Shown here: in pieces, positions 23,387 to 36,842 of the stretch
How the letters are laid out: every line of letters begins with the position of its first letter
Position numbering within the stretch: position 1 is the stretch's first letter
Source: Marsupella aquatica
Lineage: Eukaryota > Plantae > Marchantiophyta
DNA: 64,000 nt
NCBI GenBank assembly: GCA_973895155.1
Contig: OZ316899.1
Span: 14,077,934-14,141,933 of the forward strand
Reading direction: 5' to 3'
The notes under the pieces: generated by a model
The model's input: the letters and a program-made list of their open reading frames with translations, nothing else
Databases searched by the model: none
Told to the model about the DNA's origin: nothing
Made by a program: the position numbers and the translations under genes

Positions 23387-26300
23387 AAGTGTTGCTTTTG
23401 TGGAGATGTCGTGTGTTCACGTCCTCTGATAAGCACCTTCGATCAGCAAGGTGAGCAGGAGCTGTACTTGCCTCACCAACAGCAACCAACCTTAAATTAT
23501 CAGTTCCCACTCACTGTGTCATTCCATTGGTTCCAGCTAGGGGTCACAGTGTAAACATAGCATGAAACACTCCTAATCAACTTGCTTACAAACTACAATA
23601 TCCAGAAAGAGTGAAAGTCTCACCCTCCAGTGAGCAGCAGAGAGGTAGTTCACTAGATGTGTTGATGTGCAGTTAAACCTCCACTATTGCTTACTTCTGG
23701 TGTATGCTGCTCAGAAGAAGACATATTAGTAGCAGCAAATTGCAAATAATGGCCATAAGCAAACCGTGAGAGTTTGCAGAATGCTACGACAAATCCATCA
23801 CAGCAGTGCTCCACAGGAATGAAACCAAGCAAAATTTGGTGACCTCGGCCAATGACAAGGCCAATGTAGTGAACAATCCTTGACCGATCAGGATATGGAT
23901 TGGAATTACAATTAGTCAGCTCTTCTTCTTTGTTTTCTAACTCTGGGGGAAATGAGCATGACCAGGGAATTCTTTGAGAAATAGAAGTGCACAGGGAAAA
24001 TGAAATTGGCTCATTCAGCTACGCAAGACCGGCCATTGCAGCAAACTTGGACAGTTGTTCCGCAATACATAAAATACCCTGACTTACATGCAATCGATAC
24101 AATCTGCTTCTGTTGGCTGTCCTACAGCTCACGGTAGTGCCGTTGGGATAGGGTAAGTGAATATTGCCATAGCTGAAGCACATTGAGCTTGCAGCAAGAA
24201 GTGAAGGAGCATGGCCAAAAGCAGAAAAGACAGACAGGTTTTACAAGAAGAAACTAACAACCGCCAATCTGCTCAAATCCGCTGCATAGATCAAACCCTC
24301 CAAACTACATAGCCCTCCTTTGAAAACAATCCAATGTGCTTTGGCTGGTGGATGACAAGGACTGGGAGAAGAGGAAACGTCTACACAATCAATCCCAATG
24401 ACGGGACACAGAGACCAGGCACAGAGAGGATTTGTGCTTAGACAAAAACCACAAATTGTAGCATGGGCGCCATAGCATTGGGCGGCAATGGGAAGAATTA
24501 CATCAAATGAGTGGACAGAGAATGAACAGTCCGGTTATAGGCAAACAGCGACTGATGCCCTGATGCAATGAAACACGCATTGACATAGCGAAGGGACATA
24601 AAAACTACATAAGCCAACTTACTGACCTCTTAAGGCCCACAATTTCAAGGGGAGGGACAAAGACAGCAATAACAGACGCAGAGACAAAGCTGTACTCTGT
24701 CAATTGAGTAGGCAAGTGGGTGGGTGAAGATCAACAACCAATGTAGCAGCGCAACCAGAGTAGCAACAAAGAAGCAGGTTGCCCTCAGTCTCCTATTTTT
24801 CAAGCAGCTCGTGCTCGCGGTCAATCTCCTATTCTGCAAGCAGCTCACGCTCGTCCCTCTTGTTCTGCAAGCAGGTCATTCTTGTCGGCGATGGTGCAAG
24901 CTATCCTCCTAAACTCTGACACTCAAAATGAAAAGACCAAGCACCTCCAATCTGTTTGATCCCTTCCGCAAGCAGCCGAGCGGCAGACGATAATGTAGGG
25001 ATCAAGAACCAAGTGCCAGGCGGACATTGCACAAAATGAGGACCGGGGGCAGAGACAAAATCTACCAAAATCTACCGAAATCTACTTCTTGGGGTCCAGC
25101 CCACGGATGGACATCATGCAAGGTGGTCAAAAATGGTAAGTGCAATTGTTGGAGAGCTGTACTCGCGATTACTAACGGTGCATCCACAAAACGCGTCATC
25201 AAGTTGTCAGTGCGGCCACAACAATTTTGACAGTCTCAGGATCACAGGTCCACAAACAAGTTGCAAATGAAGACACACAACGTCCAGGAGGGAAAGTCCG
25301 CAACACTAACCCTTTGTAAAGCCCCCGAGCTTACCTTCTAGCTGCCGACGCAAAGAGAAAACCTACTCGGACACTGAAGCAACCCTAAACTCAAAGTCTC
25401 ACCTTAGCGCAACAACTCCTGGATTGGATTCAGCTAGCTCAGGCTCAATGAAGCATGTCGCCTCGGGCTCTCCGGATCCTCCCAAGGCAGCAAACAAGTT
25501 AGGGTCCACGGTCCTTGTACCTTCACCGCACCGTTGTGTCCTTCCCAATGCCTCCTCTGTAGTTGCGTCTTGTCTGCAACTCTACAGCTCCCCGTGTTGC
25601 TCTGCCGCACTTAGTTATATTCCAACGCCCGATCGTGACCAAAAAGAGTTTTCTCCTGCTGGACAGCACTAGGCATTTGTTCAATCTCTTGATCACGCGT
25701 AAGCAGCTACAGGTATGAATCACTCAGTTGGCAGCTCAATACGCTTACAGCAAGAGGGCGCAATAGGTAGAAGCTCGCGCTACCTAGACCAGCACAAGGA
25801 CAAAGCATTAACATTGAAACTGTACCATGGAGCTGGAGAAAACCACAGAGTAATTGAAGCCTAACAATACCCTTCTTAGCTCCCGACTCCAAACTCTCGG
25901 CTCCCAGTTTGCAAGAACAAGCACTATGAAAATATGGATTCCCACATTGACTGTGTCCGCAGAACAGATGCAACCCGCATGCAACTTCACCAGCTCAACG
26001 GCAGCTTGACAACTGAAGGACCTCCCAATGAGCCTCACGGCCTCCCGATGCTCGTTATGGGTGCAGCAAAAGGGTCTATACCACAACTGTGACCGAGATT
26101 GTCACCCAAAACCTTGAAGAAACCCCAACCTCCGACTCCTCAAACTCCGACAAGCTCCTCACGAACATTGCAGCAGCCACAACCTTCTTCGCCCTACCAG
26201 CCAAAAACTAAATGTCCCTAAAGGAGATCGAGCAGGAATGCAGGTCTATGAGTAGACTGCAAGCGCAAGGTTAGATCACTGCAACTGCCTGAACACTGCT

Positions 26301-27783
26301 CCTCGAGAGCATAAACAAGCACATAACGCGCGGGAAGTTCACTCCGCAATGGTCGCAAAAAGTGGGCAACACTGAAAGGAAAACCCTACGTAAAACCCCG
26401 AACACTCCACCCCTCACGTTCTAAGTTCAATGACAATGGCGAAAACTCCAAAGAGACTCCCAAAGTGAAGTTTAGTGCCTGAAACCGAATTAGGGGAAGC
26501 CACTCAGCCTTACCGTTTGAGTGAGCCGTTGAGTGTCACCCAAAGTGGGACAAAGCTACAAAGTGTTACTGCATGGCCAACTTAGGCAATGAATGGTCAT
26601 ATTTGCACATACATGGTCGGTAGTGACATTTTATTGCACGCCGTAATCAGGATTAAGGTTGCCCAACATTATATCCGGTCCTAAAATGCAATATTCCCGG
26701 TGCAAGAATGTGACCTAGCTCTAATGTATGAAAAAGGACCGGTACAAATCTACCTTTGTGCATCTTGACCTTTTATAGATGGATTTAGTAATGGCCAAGA
26801 ATATCTTGACCATCCCTCCATGGTCCAACCTCCATGAACCCCACTTCATTAAACCCAAAACCTTTTTGGTCACAAATAAGGACATTTAATGAGTTATGCC
26901 CCTTGCTATCACCCTCTTTATAGATTTATTTTTTTGTTTGAAATTTTACATTTATTCCGCATGAACCCCACGGATGGGGGAACCAGTAGGCCAAATGGCA
27001 TCATAAAACCTCAACACCCAAAGGAGGCAATAACAAAGAGTTACTCAACCAGGGTCATCAGATCAGGCAAAGATTGCGAAGCCGTTCTTCTAGTGGTCCA
27101 TGCAACAAGTAACAACTAGGGAATAAGCACTAGAAGGCGCAGTAGGTCAGCATAGTGTAAGTGTAAAGTGTCAAAGCATTGTCTAGTACTAAATTAATCC
27201 ACCTGATTAGTAAGAAGGGGGTGTATACTGTAATGGGAAAAAGAAAAAAAACCAAGGCATGAGCAAGGGCCACCAAGAGTGGTGCAGCTATAAGCTATAG
27301 GGATTGAACACAATGCGGGGGGGCAGTGGCACTATGTATGAGGAAATCACGGGAGTATCGGTGTCAAATGAGTCGACAAAACTCCCAGATAGCCACACAG
27401 TATAAATCAATCTCACAGAAGGCTGCCATCAATGGAGGAAACAATTTGACACGACCCACATCTGAGAGTGTGAATTCGCTCGATCTCCAGCAGTTCTTTG
27501 GCACTCGATAGACGTCGGTGCTTTCGGCTCAAAGATGAAGGAGAATTACCCCTCCTCAACATAGAGTGAACATTACCCATGATGTGCTAGACTATTCACC
27601 CTTCACAAAGTAGCAAGGTTACTTCTCATAGTCTTTTAGTGAACCATAAAACTCTCATAGTCTTTTCTAGTCTTCAACAAAACCGGTGCAATGGGTGGGA
27701 GTTGTTTTAAGTATGGAAAAAGGACTTAGTGGGCATAGTCCTATAAGGTATGGCCTAAATTGCCCCGGTTTCTACTAGTGTAA

Positions 27784-29800
27784 ACTCCCTTCTCTGGCCA
27801 ACAGGAAGCACCCATGGGGTTGAAGGTCGATGTTCTATCCCTGTGATAGGATCAATTGTGACCCATACATCTGGATGCATCTCAAGATCCTCACAAGCCT
27901 CCCTGAAGTTAGTGTCCTTTTCTCCATAGAAAGCCTTTATCAAAGCCTTTCTCACATTTCCCTCAATGTGCATGGGGTCTAATAGATGGCGGATCTTCAA
28001 CTCTCCCCAATAAGGCAAAGTGGTTAATATACTCCATCTAGTCAACCCACTACCCTCAAATTGCATGGGATCCTCCGGTTTTGCCACTCTATCAGCCAAG
28101 TCTTTCCAATGTGCAAAAGTTGTTGGCTCTGGTATATCACGTTCATCACCAAAGGACATATCAATGGAGGAAAATAGTAGTGGGTCAAACCTCATCTGAT
28201 GGCCCATTGGCAGAAACTTTGTATGCCCAAGATAAACAATCTTGTGAAGGTGTGATGAGTACTTGGCTATATCACCAAGACTTGGGCCACAAGTGGAGCA
28301 GCCTTGTAGCCTTGGGTTTACAACCCACTCACAAAGCCAAATCCTGGTCATATAGACACACATAATGTACAATTAGCACATGGAAATGAGGGGATAACAT
28401 GCATTATCATATCATGCTGGATGTAAACAAAAAAAGTGTTGTAGTTTCATAGTTCTTACCTGGGTAGTCATGCATGGTCCACATACAAACCCCTTTTAGT
28501 TTAAAAACCCGTGGGGTACCCCCTGTAGTCTTTCAACCGTCATATGCCCATATTCCGTCCCATAATTTTTGGAGTTCCTCAACCACTAATGCCAAATAGG
28601 TGTCCATGTTCTTCACCTTCTTTGGCCCTGGGATAATCAAAGATAGCAATCAAAAGCCCTTTTTCATGGACAACCATGGTGGAAGGTTGTAATTCATGAG
28701 AACCACCGGCCAAACTGATGTAGGTCTCCCCTTCCCTCCAAGTGAATGAGGGCTAACCCCATCTGATGCCAACCCAAGTCGCACATGCCGAGGGTCACGC
28801 TCAAAATCTGGCCATGTTGACTCCACATGTTTATGAGCAAGAGAGTCAACTGGTAATCGCATCACACCGGGCTCCGAACGATGCTTCTTGTGCCATACCA
28901 TCAACTCGGCCAAGTCAGAACATCTATACATGTGCAACAAGCGAGGAATAATGGGCCCTCTTGGACTGGGGCCTGGACCGGGGTCTTCGTGTCTTAGTGG
29001 GCACATGAGACTGTTCCTCTTCAGTCCCATGATTTGTACTGATCCCTACACCCAAGGCTTGTGAAAGTGCATTGCCTATAGCATCTAAAACTCCTTGTGA
29101 TGGGACATAGGGTGGTGGTGTCACCGATCTACGCATACTGGATCCCTATTCCATGCAAAAACCCACAAAAAACCATATGTGTAAACATTGATTCACTTAT
29201 GAAAATATGAGGGAAAAAAGGCAAACAATTGAAATCCACATACCATATGGATGAAGAAGCCCCCGGAGTAAGACCCCTGTGACGTCCGGAGGTCTTATTA
29301 TGAGCACACACATAAGATTTTTGAGAAACTTGGCCCCCACATGGGGTATTTACAAACGACAGGAAACAGGAAACAGGAAAGTGGGTGGTAATTTTTTGGA
29401 TTTTTTTTTGGATTTTTTTTGGAAAATTTTTTTTGGGGGAAAAAAAGTTTTTTTTGTTTTGGTTTGTCATCATCATATTGCTAGCGCCCGGAGCTAACAA
29501 TAGCAGCACTTGGCGCTCGCAAAAAAAACCCATGATTTTAATTATTTTGAAAAATAAGACTTTAAATGGTACATTTTTAGATCATGTTTTTACTGGTAAC
29601 AGGAAAATTTTTGCTGGTACCAATAATCATGTTTTCCCGTTTCTTGCCTCGGTGGTGATGCCCCCCACACATCTGGTGCACTCACAAAGTCTCCGGGGAG
29701 GACCACGAGGACCGGTAACCTCAGGTTGAGGAGGAGGGGGTACATCATCGGAGGAGGAGTACTCACTACTGGATAGTTCAGAGGAGGAGGACATATCCAC
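27784..29800 (-). pseudogene. Element A TnpD transposase, 5' part (Transposase_21), decayed
   Basis: LCECTRC; PRLLHMY..LMVWH..DPRHVRLGLASDGVSP..SVWPVVLMNYNLPPW; IIPGP; HDYPG; RHLLDPMHIEGNV; stops, frameshifts and introns. Confidence 0.9.
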
Positions 29801-31142
29801 TGCCACATTACATTGCATGTAGGGCATGATTAGAATCCCTCTCGGCCAAAAAATATCCTAAAACTAAACTACAAAAACCCTTTTTTGTTTAGCATGAAAC
29901 CCAAAGGAGAGTATCATGCACAAAAATATCACATTGTCACCCTTGGGAAAATTGTAATGGTCTAGGCCCTGAATTAGGTTAGTGAATTACCTGAATGAGA
30001 CCCGGGCTCAACAGTGCCTATAGGTCGTGTGGCTCAATGAACATGAGCCAAATCTAGAAGTAGGAGGAAAATATTGGAAACAAAATGTAAGTTTTGGATA
30101 GTCATTAGCATCTCTCAAGTTGTGGAACCCCAAACATAAGTTACACATATATATTCTTGCAAAACAAAAAATGGCAAGGTTTATGAAAAATCTCCACTAA
30201 CAACACTACATACATGTTATACCTTTTAGATGCCCGGGTTCCCACAATGCATATGCATTAGACAAAAGTTGAGGAAGTAGTGATGTCCCTGGGCTGTATC
30301 ATGATGACATGGGTTTTCCCCTCAATTGTTAGCATAAAAACCTCTTAGAACTTGCCCTCATAAGTTACCATAAAATTAACCCAAGTGTCCATGAAAATAG
30401 AACCTGTCTTTCCCTCCTAAGTTGGCCTAAACCCCAAAAGCCAAAACATAAACACCTCCTCTTATTCCAATACATATAAGCCAAACATTCATAAAATGAA
30501 ATCCCCCTGGCCAAACCCAAAACATAAAACACCTCATATATATTACCCTCCAATCTAAGCCCAACGTACCTTCATAAAATAAACCCTCCGCCAACCAAAC
30601 CAAACGTCAAACATAAAATCCCTCCATTTACCCTCCAATACACATAACCCCAACCTTCATAAAATAAAAACCCTCCCAACCAGGCAAAACCCAAAAGCCA
30701 AAATATAAATCCCCGTCTCTTTCCTTCCAATATAACCCCCTCCCCCCCAACCAGGCCAAACCCAAAAGCCGTAACATAAGACCCCTCCTCTTACCCTCCA
30801 ATGTCAGCACTTTTAAACCCCCCAACCCTTATATGATCACATGCAATGAATTACTTGTACCAAATTTAATGTTTATGACCCCTCTTAGTATCCCTGCTCA
30901 CAGAAAATACACATGCGAGATGGGGGTCTTCGCAAACCCAATAGCGAACACGTTTGCAAAGCCGTATTCTTCGCAAAGATACCGTTTGTGAAGCTGGTTG
31001 AGAAGGTAGAACCATCGCAAACTGGGATGCGAATGACTTCGCAAACCCTAACTCTACTGTCCTTATCATTTGCCAAGCGCATATGAGGCGGATCCATTTC
31101 TTTTGGGCCCTGGGAGAGAGCAGCGTAGGCAAGGGAGGAGCG

Positions 31143-33279
31143 ATGGCAAGCGGAGGGGGAACTGCAGGTGATGGAGGAGCTTCTGCCAGCAGCGGAGGCA
31201 ACCACTTAGAGGAGGAGGATCGACTTCAAAAGATTGTGGATGACCATTTCTCGGTTGCGCAGTTGAGTAAGATTGATTTCACCTCTCCAACAGGGCTTGC
31301 ATCGTTGAGTGCATTATTGGGCCAGGCCTTGCAATCTGGTCTCAGTGCAGGGAAAGCAGCAAGAGAGGAGGAAGAAAGGAGGACAGCCAAGCAGAAGGCC
31401 ACTGAGAAGAAGCGAAAGAGGGATGAGAGAGCTCAGGCTGGAGTACTCTCCCCTCAAGCCTTGGAAAAGAAGAGGAGGAAAGATGAGAGAGACTTGATAA
31501 GGAAACAGAGGGAGGAGCAGAGAAAGAAGGAGGAGGCAAGGAGGAAGCTGCCTCTGATTACATTAGAGGATGAGGGAATTCCCACAGAGCTTGCTTACAA
31601 TGGGGCCAAGAGCACAATCAAACACATTGTGTCCACAAATTTTGCAAGAGGAGTCGAGTGCGCACTCTCTCCAAGGCAGAGCAGAAGCGAGTGATCAATC
31701 AGGTGAAAGATGCATTCCAAAATGGAGGAGAGATGGATTCACAATGGCTTGCTGATAAAATCTCAAATTCCATGTCACAAGCACGATACCATGACAAGAT
31801 GAAGATCAGGGCTCACCTGAGAGATTTGGAGGAGTACAAGAATTTGGGGAGGCCGCTGCAGTTCTCATAAGATATCTGGCAGGCCTTCTACGCCACAGAG
31901 GTGAAGTTGAAAGCAGCCAGGGTCCTCAATGAATTTATAGAGAAGTTGACAAATGCCCGGAAGGCAAAGGAGGCTGGGAAGTCTGACCGTGACCTGAAGA
32001 TGATGGAGCAGAAGGTGGCCCAGTTGCAACAGGTTGTAGCAGAGGTGGGAGATCCGCCCAACAAGTTCTTGAAGGCAGTTGAGAGAGTTCGAGAAAAGCT
32101 CAACATCACCCATAGGCTTGGTCAAGGTGGCCTCCCCGGCCTCAAAGCAGCATTTGTGAGTGCACCGCCCTCTCCTCTCTTGACTTCTTACTCCAATTTC
32201 TATTCCAACACACCTGCAATGCCCCAACTCTTTTCTGCTGTGGCACCAAGTACTTCCAATTGGAGTTGTCGTGTTAGATTAGGTCACGAACATTTACTTC
32301 CCTTTCAACTTTTCGTCATAACAGAGTTTGCAAAGCATTTGCGATGCGCGTCGCTTTGCAACTGCTTTGCAAACCTTGTTATTCACTTTTTTGGAAATAA
32401 ATTTGCGATGCCCTTGCAAAGCCACGCGCATCTCAATCAATTTTGCAACCTAGTTTTCCCTTATGTTTGCAAAGCTGGAGACTTCGCAAATTCAAAAAAT
32501 TTGAATTTTTGAATATTTCAAAACGTTTAAGTGTTGTTTGAGGGTCGTAAGCCCCCATGCCACCCTTGTAAAACCACCCCCAACCTAAGCCCCAACCCCA
32601 CCAGCACCTAATTAACCCCTCTACTTGATTTAAGGCATTTTGGCTTGCCGTTATTGCTTGGTTTTGACCAATTGTGCCGGTTTTTATTTTGGTTAGTACA
32701 AGAGGTACAAGAGGAAGATCACAGCGGCTAAGATGGAGGTGGGCCAGAAACATGGGAAGGAGCATCTCTTTCGGCAAGTTGATCAATTATTGGTGAGCGT
32801 TCATTTTCAGGTTAATGTGTTGATTGCATTTATGAAAAATTCCCTCTTATGGATGTCATTCACTTAATTGTAAGGTTCTATATGACTAATGCATGGCTGG
32901 TTTGCTAATGTAACAGAGACCGGATGATGATGGTGACTCCCATACCGAGGGTGATAGTAGCGATGAGGATGAGGAGGGGACAGGGGAGGGGAGTACTGCT
33001 CCTGGTAGTCGAGTCAGGCCAACTAGCACTGGAGAGCAATCATTTGCATCAGCACCTCCATTGGTGCTGCGAGTGGTAGTGCGGTAGGGGATGGGGATGG
33101 GGATGGGGATGGTGACGGGGATGGTGGTGGTGATGGGGATGAGGATGAGGATGAGGAGGGAGACCAAGAGGAGGAGGAGGCCCCGGTCCCCCCTCCCCCA
33201 AGAGCACGCAAGGGCAAGGAGAAGGCCAAGGGGAAGAAGTCAAGGAGGGGCAGGAACTCTCCTTTCTAGCTCTATCTAG
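31143..33279 (+). pseudogene. Element A TnpA/Ptta-like gene, divergent from TnpD
   Basis: Basic coiled coil, then ..DIWQAF..THRLGQGG followed by a GT donor (Transposase_24-like HRLG.GG motif); downstream exons near 32700-32792 and 32917-33279; one frameshift and one stop. Confidence 0.6.
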
Positions 33280-34638
33280 ATAGGTGCCTAGATTACCCTA
33301 GAGACTTAGGTAGTTCACATGTATAGGGGGATTAGCATGGACATGCAACTTTTAGCTAAGGGTTCTTACCCTTCCATTTTGTAACTTTTGTACTTTTTGA
33401 GTAATGCCATTTTAATTGCGGCATTCCGGTCTACCTACATCCCTTTTCTCCCTCCTTCAACTATATGAATTGTTTCCCTAAACCACTAAACCCTATTATA
33501 CCCTAATACTTCAAAAATACCTTTTGCAAAACCCTTGAGAACCAGCTGTCATATCAAATAGCCAAGACAAAACCATCACAAAACATTCTAAACGCTCATC
33601 CTCGCAAATTTTGCGATATTTTTTGCATCGCAAATATGCGAACACACGATTTCTGCAAGTTTAGAAATGTGTTCAATTTCGCAAATGTAGCGAATATAAA
33701 TGTATCACAGTATTGAGAGAAAGAATGGCTCGCAATCTACCGATGTGTCCTAAATCGCAATCTAGCGATGATTTTAGCATTGCTACGTTAGCGTTTCTTT
33801 GCGAATCGCAAACGCGCCCATAGTTCCCGATTCGCAAATATTGCGGTAGGTATGGCATCACAATTGTGCAATGTTAAAAGAGTCGCAAAGTGCAAAGCTC
33901 TTGCGAAGGTCCAGTTGCAAAGGTGTGGGCATGGAAAAGAGCAAAGATGTTGAGATGTGCGGCATTTCGCAACAAGGAGTTGACCGATATTGTTTCCTTT
34001 GTTGCATGCAAGGGAGGGTGTTTTGCAAAAGAGGGTCATTGTGTTGTAGTGTTAGGATTTACCAACATTAATTCCAAGATGAGACCAATTAGTGGTGGTG
34101 TAGAGTAAGAAACCTCCGGGCTTGTTGTCAGTCGATTCTTTAGCAGGGGAAAAGCGCGGCTTCAGGGTTTAGACATTCGGATAGAATATTTCTTGGACAG
34201 TGCAGGGGGGAAGACGCAACTTAATTTTAGCATTCTCAATTTTAATTCTGCAATAGGCCCGATGAGTTGTTTGTGTGGAATTGCATATCTGGTTCTTTGG
34301 TTCAGAATTCTGTGACTCGATGTAAAAGAATTCACTATAAATTTGCTTACTGGTAATTAGCATTGACATGTAACGGTCACTTTATTGAAGGCAAATTGGA
34401 AATGAATGTTGAGGGAGGAATAAATTTTGTTCTGAACTAATGTAACGAGGTCATTATATTGAAGTTGAATCCTCTGCTCGTGCTTGTAGGATTTCAAAAA
34501 CAACACAATTCGAGCGGGAACGCGATTATTGTAGGCCATACTGCTTTCTATGGAGCACCGCTTGGTTGTGTATTAGTGTCACGGCACTTCTGATATGGCA
34601 TATTGGAAGATACCACCCAATCCCCAATTCTAAATTGT

Positions 34639-34718
34639 CAGCAATAGCACCTGGCTATTGAATTATTTATCATCGCGTCAGCAGTAGCACCTGGCTGTTG
34701 AATTATTTATCATCGCGG
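34639..34718. repeat. 40-bp tandem duplication
   Basis: cagca(a/g)tagcacctggct(a/g)ttgaattatttatcatcgcg occurs twice in tandem. Confidence 0.85.
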
Positions 34719-35231
34719 ATGAGTACTCCCCTCCTTTGGATATTCAACAGTCGCAAGACATCCCTAAGTCGTCACCTATGTTGAGTTGTGGCGTGGCGCG
34801 GCGTGGGTGTTTCGATTCAATACCTGCATCATTAGGGCAATTGACACTCAGTTTTGCATCTGGGAATGGAGGGTCCATACTCACTTGGATGCACACTATT
34901 GAATCTCGGAGCGGATTTGAATTTTCTTTGTTTATCCTGAAAGAAAGCTGTGTCTTACCATACATACAAACATTGGTAATGTAAACCTCGGCCGCATAGG
35001 GAAGTCATGCCATGATTGTATATCCAATTTCTGTGGGCGCTGCTGATTCCCCCTCCCTCTGCTTTGCGAGAGGTGGGTGGACAATATAGCCCCGAAAACT
35101 GAAAAAGTCACATCAGTTACGCCATGTCTATAGTGGTTGTTTTTAGGGTTCAGTTTTATGGTAATTGAATTGATGATGCATACAGGTCTCACCTGATCCA
35201 AACGGTAACGGAGATTGGTCTCATTTGCCAG

Positions 35232-36842
35232 TCAATGTTGTTGATTTTCCTGCCCCATATATTGTATTAGCTTGGCAGCTTTTTTGGTTTCTTCTTGAAA
35301 CAGGGCCATCTTTACTCGATAAGCTGCTCTTGAAAATGGATTTAATGTGGACAAGTCAAATCCAGCAATGTTGTGCAGTGCCTCGTGAAGATAAAATTCC
35401 ATGGCTTTTTCCCTTTCCTTTGAAGCTTCTATGATTAAGGACTCCTTGGCCTCAAATTTGGGATTCCCTGCCTCTTGCAAACATCGGGTGAGGTCGTCAA
35501 GGAGTTGTAAATCCGTGTCGAGCTGCTTCTTCAGTCCCTGTACTTCTTCTTCTACTTTTTGGCATTGGCTCCGTTTGTCTTGTATCTCTCGCTGGAGCCT
35601 AGCATTTTCCTCTTTCAGTACGTCTAGTTGCGTACATATTCTAGGCTCACACGACCCCAATTTGTCTGACCTCTGTTCCAAAGCCGTGCAGTCGATTGTC
35701 AAGCTTTATACCGTTCCCTTGTGTAATAATGTATCTTCAGATAATTTGTGCAATGACCCTGCGGGGTCCTGATGAAATCCTATGTTCCGGCTGGGGCTCT
35801 CTGCAAACTCTGTTCCCTTGTTTAATGAAGTGACGACTACCCTCTATTCGAAACCTTTCAATCGAGATGCATCTACTGATTCCAATTTTTGTACATGCAC
35901 GTCCAACCGTCCGTCCTCCGAACCGCCTTCCACCGTGGAGGATTGCAAGGCGTGGTTGCTGGCCCTGAAGTTGTGCAAAATGTATGCTCCCAGTAGAGTG
36001 GCTTCCTCTCCACGATCTTCTTTGCCTTCTGAACTGTCAGCGCGTGCTTCTTCCTGTTCTGGATTAGCTGCAGTCCCATGTGGTAAGGTGGATTCACTGG
36101 TTCCCCGGTTTTCCCCGACCGCGTGACTGTAAGCAACATTTTGTCGGTGACTCCTATGCAATTGGCGATTTTGCGGTGCAACATCAGGGATGGCGGTGGC
36201 ATCCCTGATCGGGTTCACCAATCTTTTCTTTAGCACCCAACAAATGATGTAAGCAAGAAGTGAGGGATAAGGCGGAACCAATTTGGACCAGAGTTTTTGA
36301 AGCAACTCCGCCTTCCGCACTTGCAACAGGTGGAGCTTGCCTTCAAGCACTCGAGCGGCGATCGTGATATGGTCAATGGTCCCATGATGGTAACCAGATT
36401 TTATCATCACCCATTCGGTGAAAAACTCTATATACTTGCGGACCTCCAGATTTGTCACCGTCCCGTATTGGATCTTCTCGACATGGATCGAGGATCTCAA
36501 GTCACGGTCTGACCTCAAAAAGCCGATAATCTGCCATGGAGTGTAAGGTGTGCACTTCACTCTTGTCGGGAGCTGCGATGGAACTAAACCTAGAATCCCA
36601 AACATGCTGGCCAATTCTTGGTTGAGCACCCTAATAAGCGGTGTCCTATCGTACTCGATGCACAGTGACGCCGCATCGCCATAGACTGATCGTATATTCC
36701 AATGATAATATGCAGCCTCTGCCAAGGTCAGATCGCAACCCATTCCGACCATACCCAGGCATTTGGCATGCCGGAAGATGCTCTCAAATTGAGTAATGTA
36801 AGCTGTGTCCGTCCGTGAGTTCTGAATGTTGGCCTCTGCCAC
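35232..36842 (-). pseudogene. Orphan ~536-codon ORF with two in-frame stops; N-terminal helical domain weakly like the LTR-ORF/PMD family, C-terminal coiled coil
   Basis: ORFs 35844-36842 and 35232-35702 are in the same frame; heptad pattern LKEENARLQREIQDKRSQCQKVEEEVQGLKKQL. Confidence 0.5.

Larger units (their letters stand above)
11229..27780 (-). mobile_element. Nested CACTA transposon B with cargo ORFs (16,552 bp)
   Basis: Perfect 18-bp TIR CACTAGTAGAAACCGGGG, TSD TAA (11226-11228 and 27781-27783); removing it restores the in-frame RREF|RNRIGGM junction of the A transposase; GACT/AGTC subterminal repeats. Confidence 0.95.
8468..34051 (-). mobile_element. CACTA (En/Spm) DNA transposon A, carrying nested element B
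   Basis: Left end CACTACTACATA; right end TGTGTTGTAGTG; 3-bp TSD TTA on both sides; TTGCGA/TCGCAA subterminal repeats at 8500-8950 and 33590-34020; transposase ORFs inside. Confidence 0.9.

Noticed and set aside
24955-25006. TTGATCCCT/AGGGATCAA hairpin as a miRNA precursor
   Set aside because: Stem only ~9 bp, with no match to a mature miRNA I recognise.
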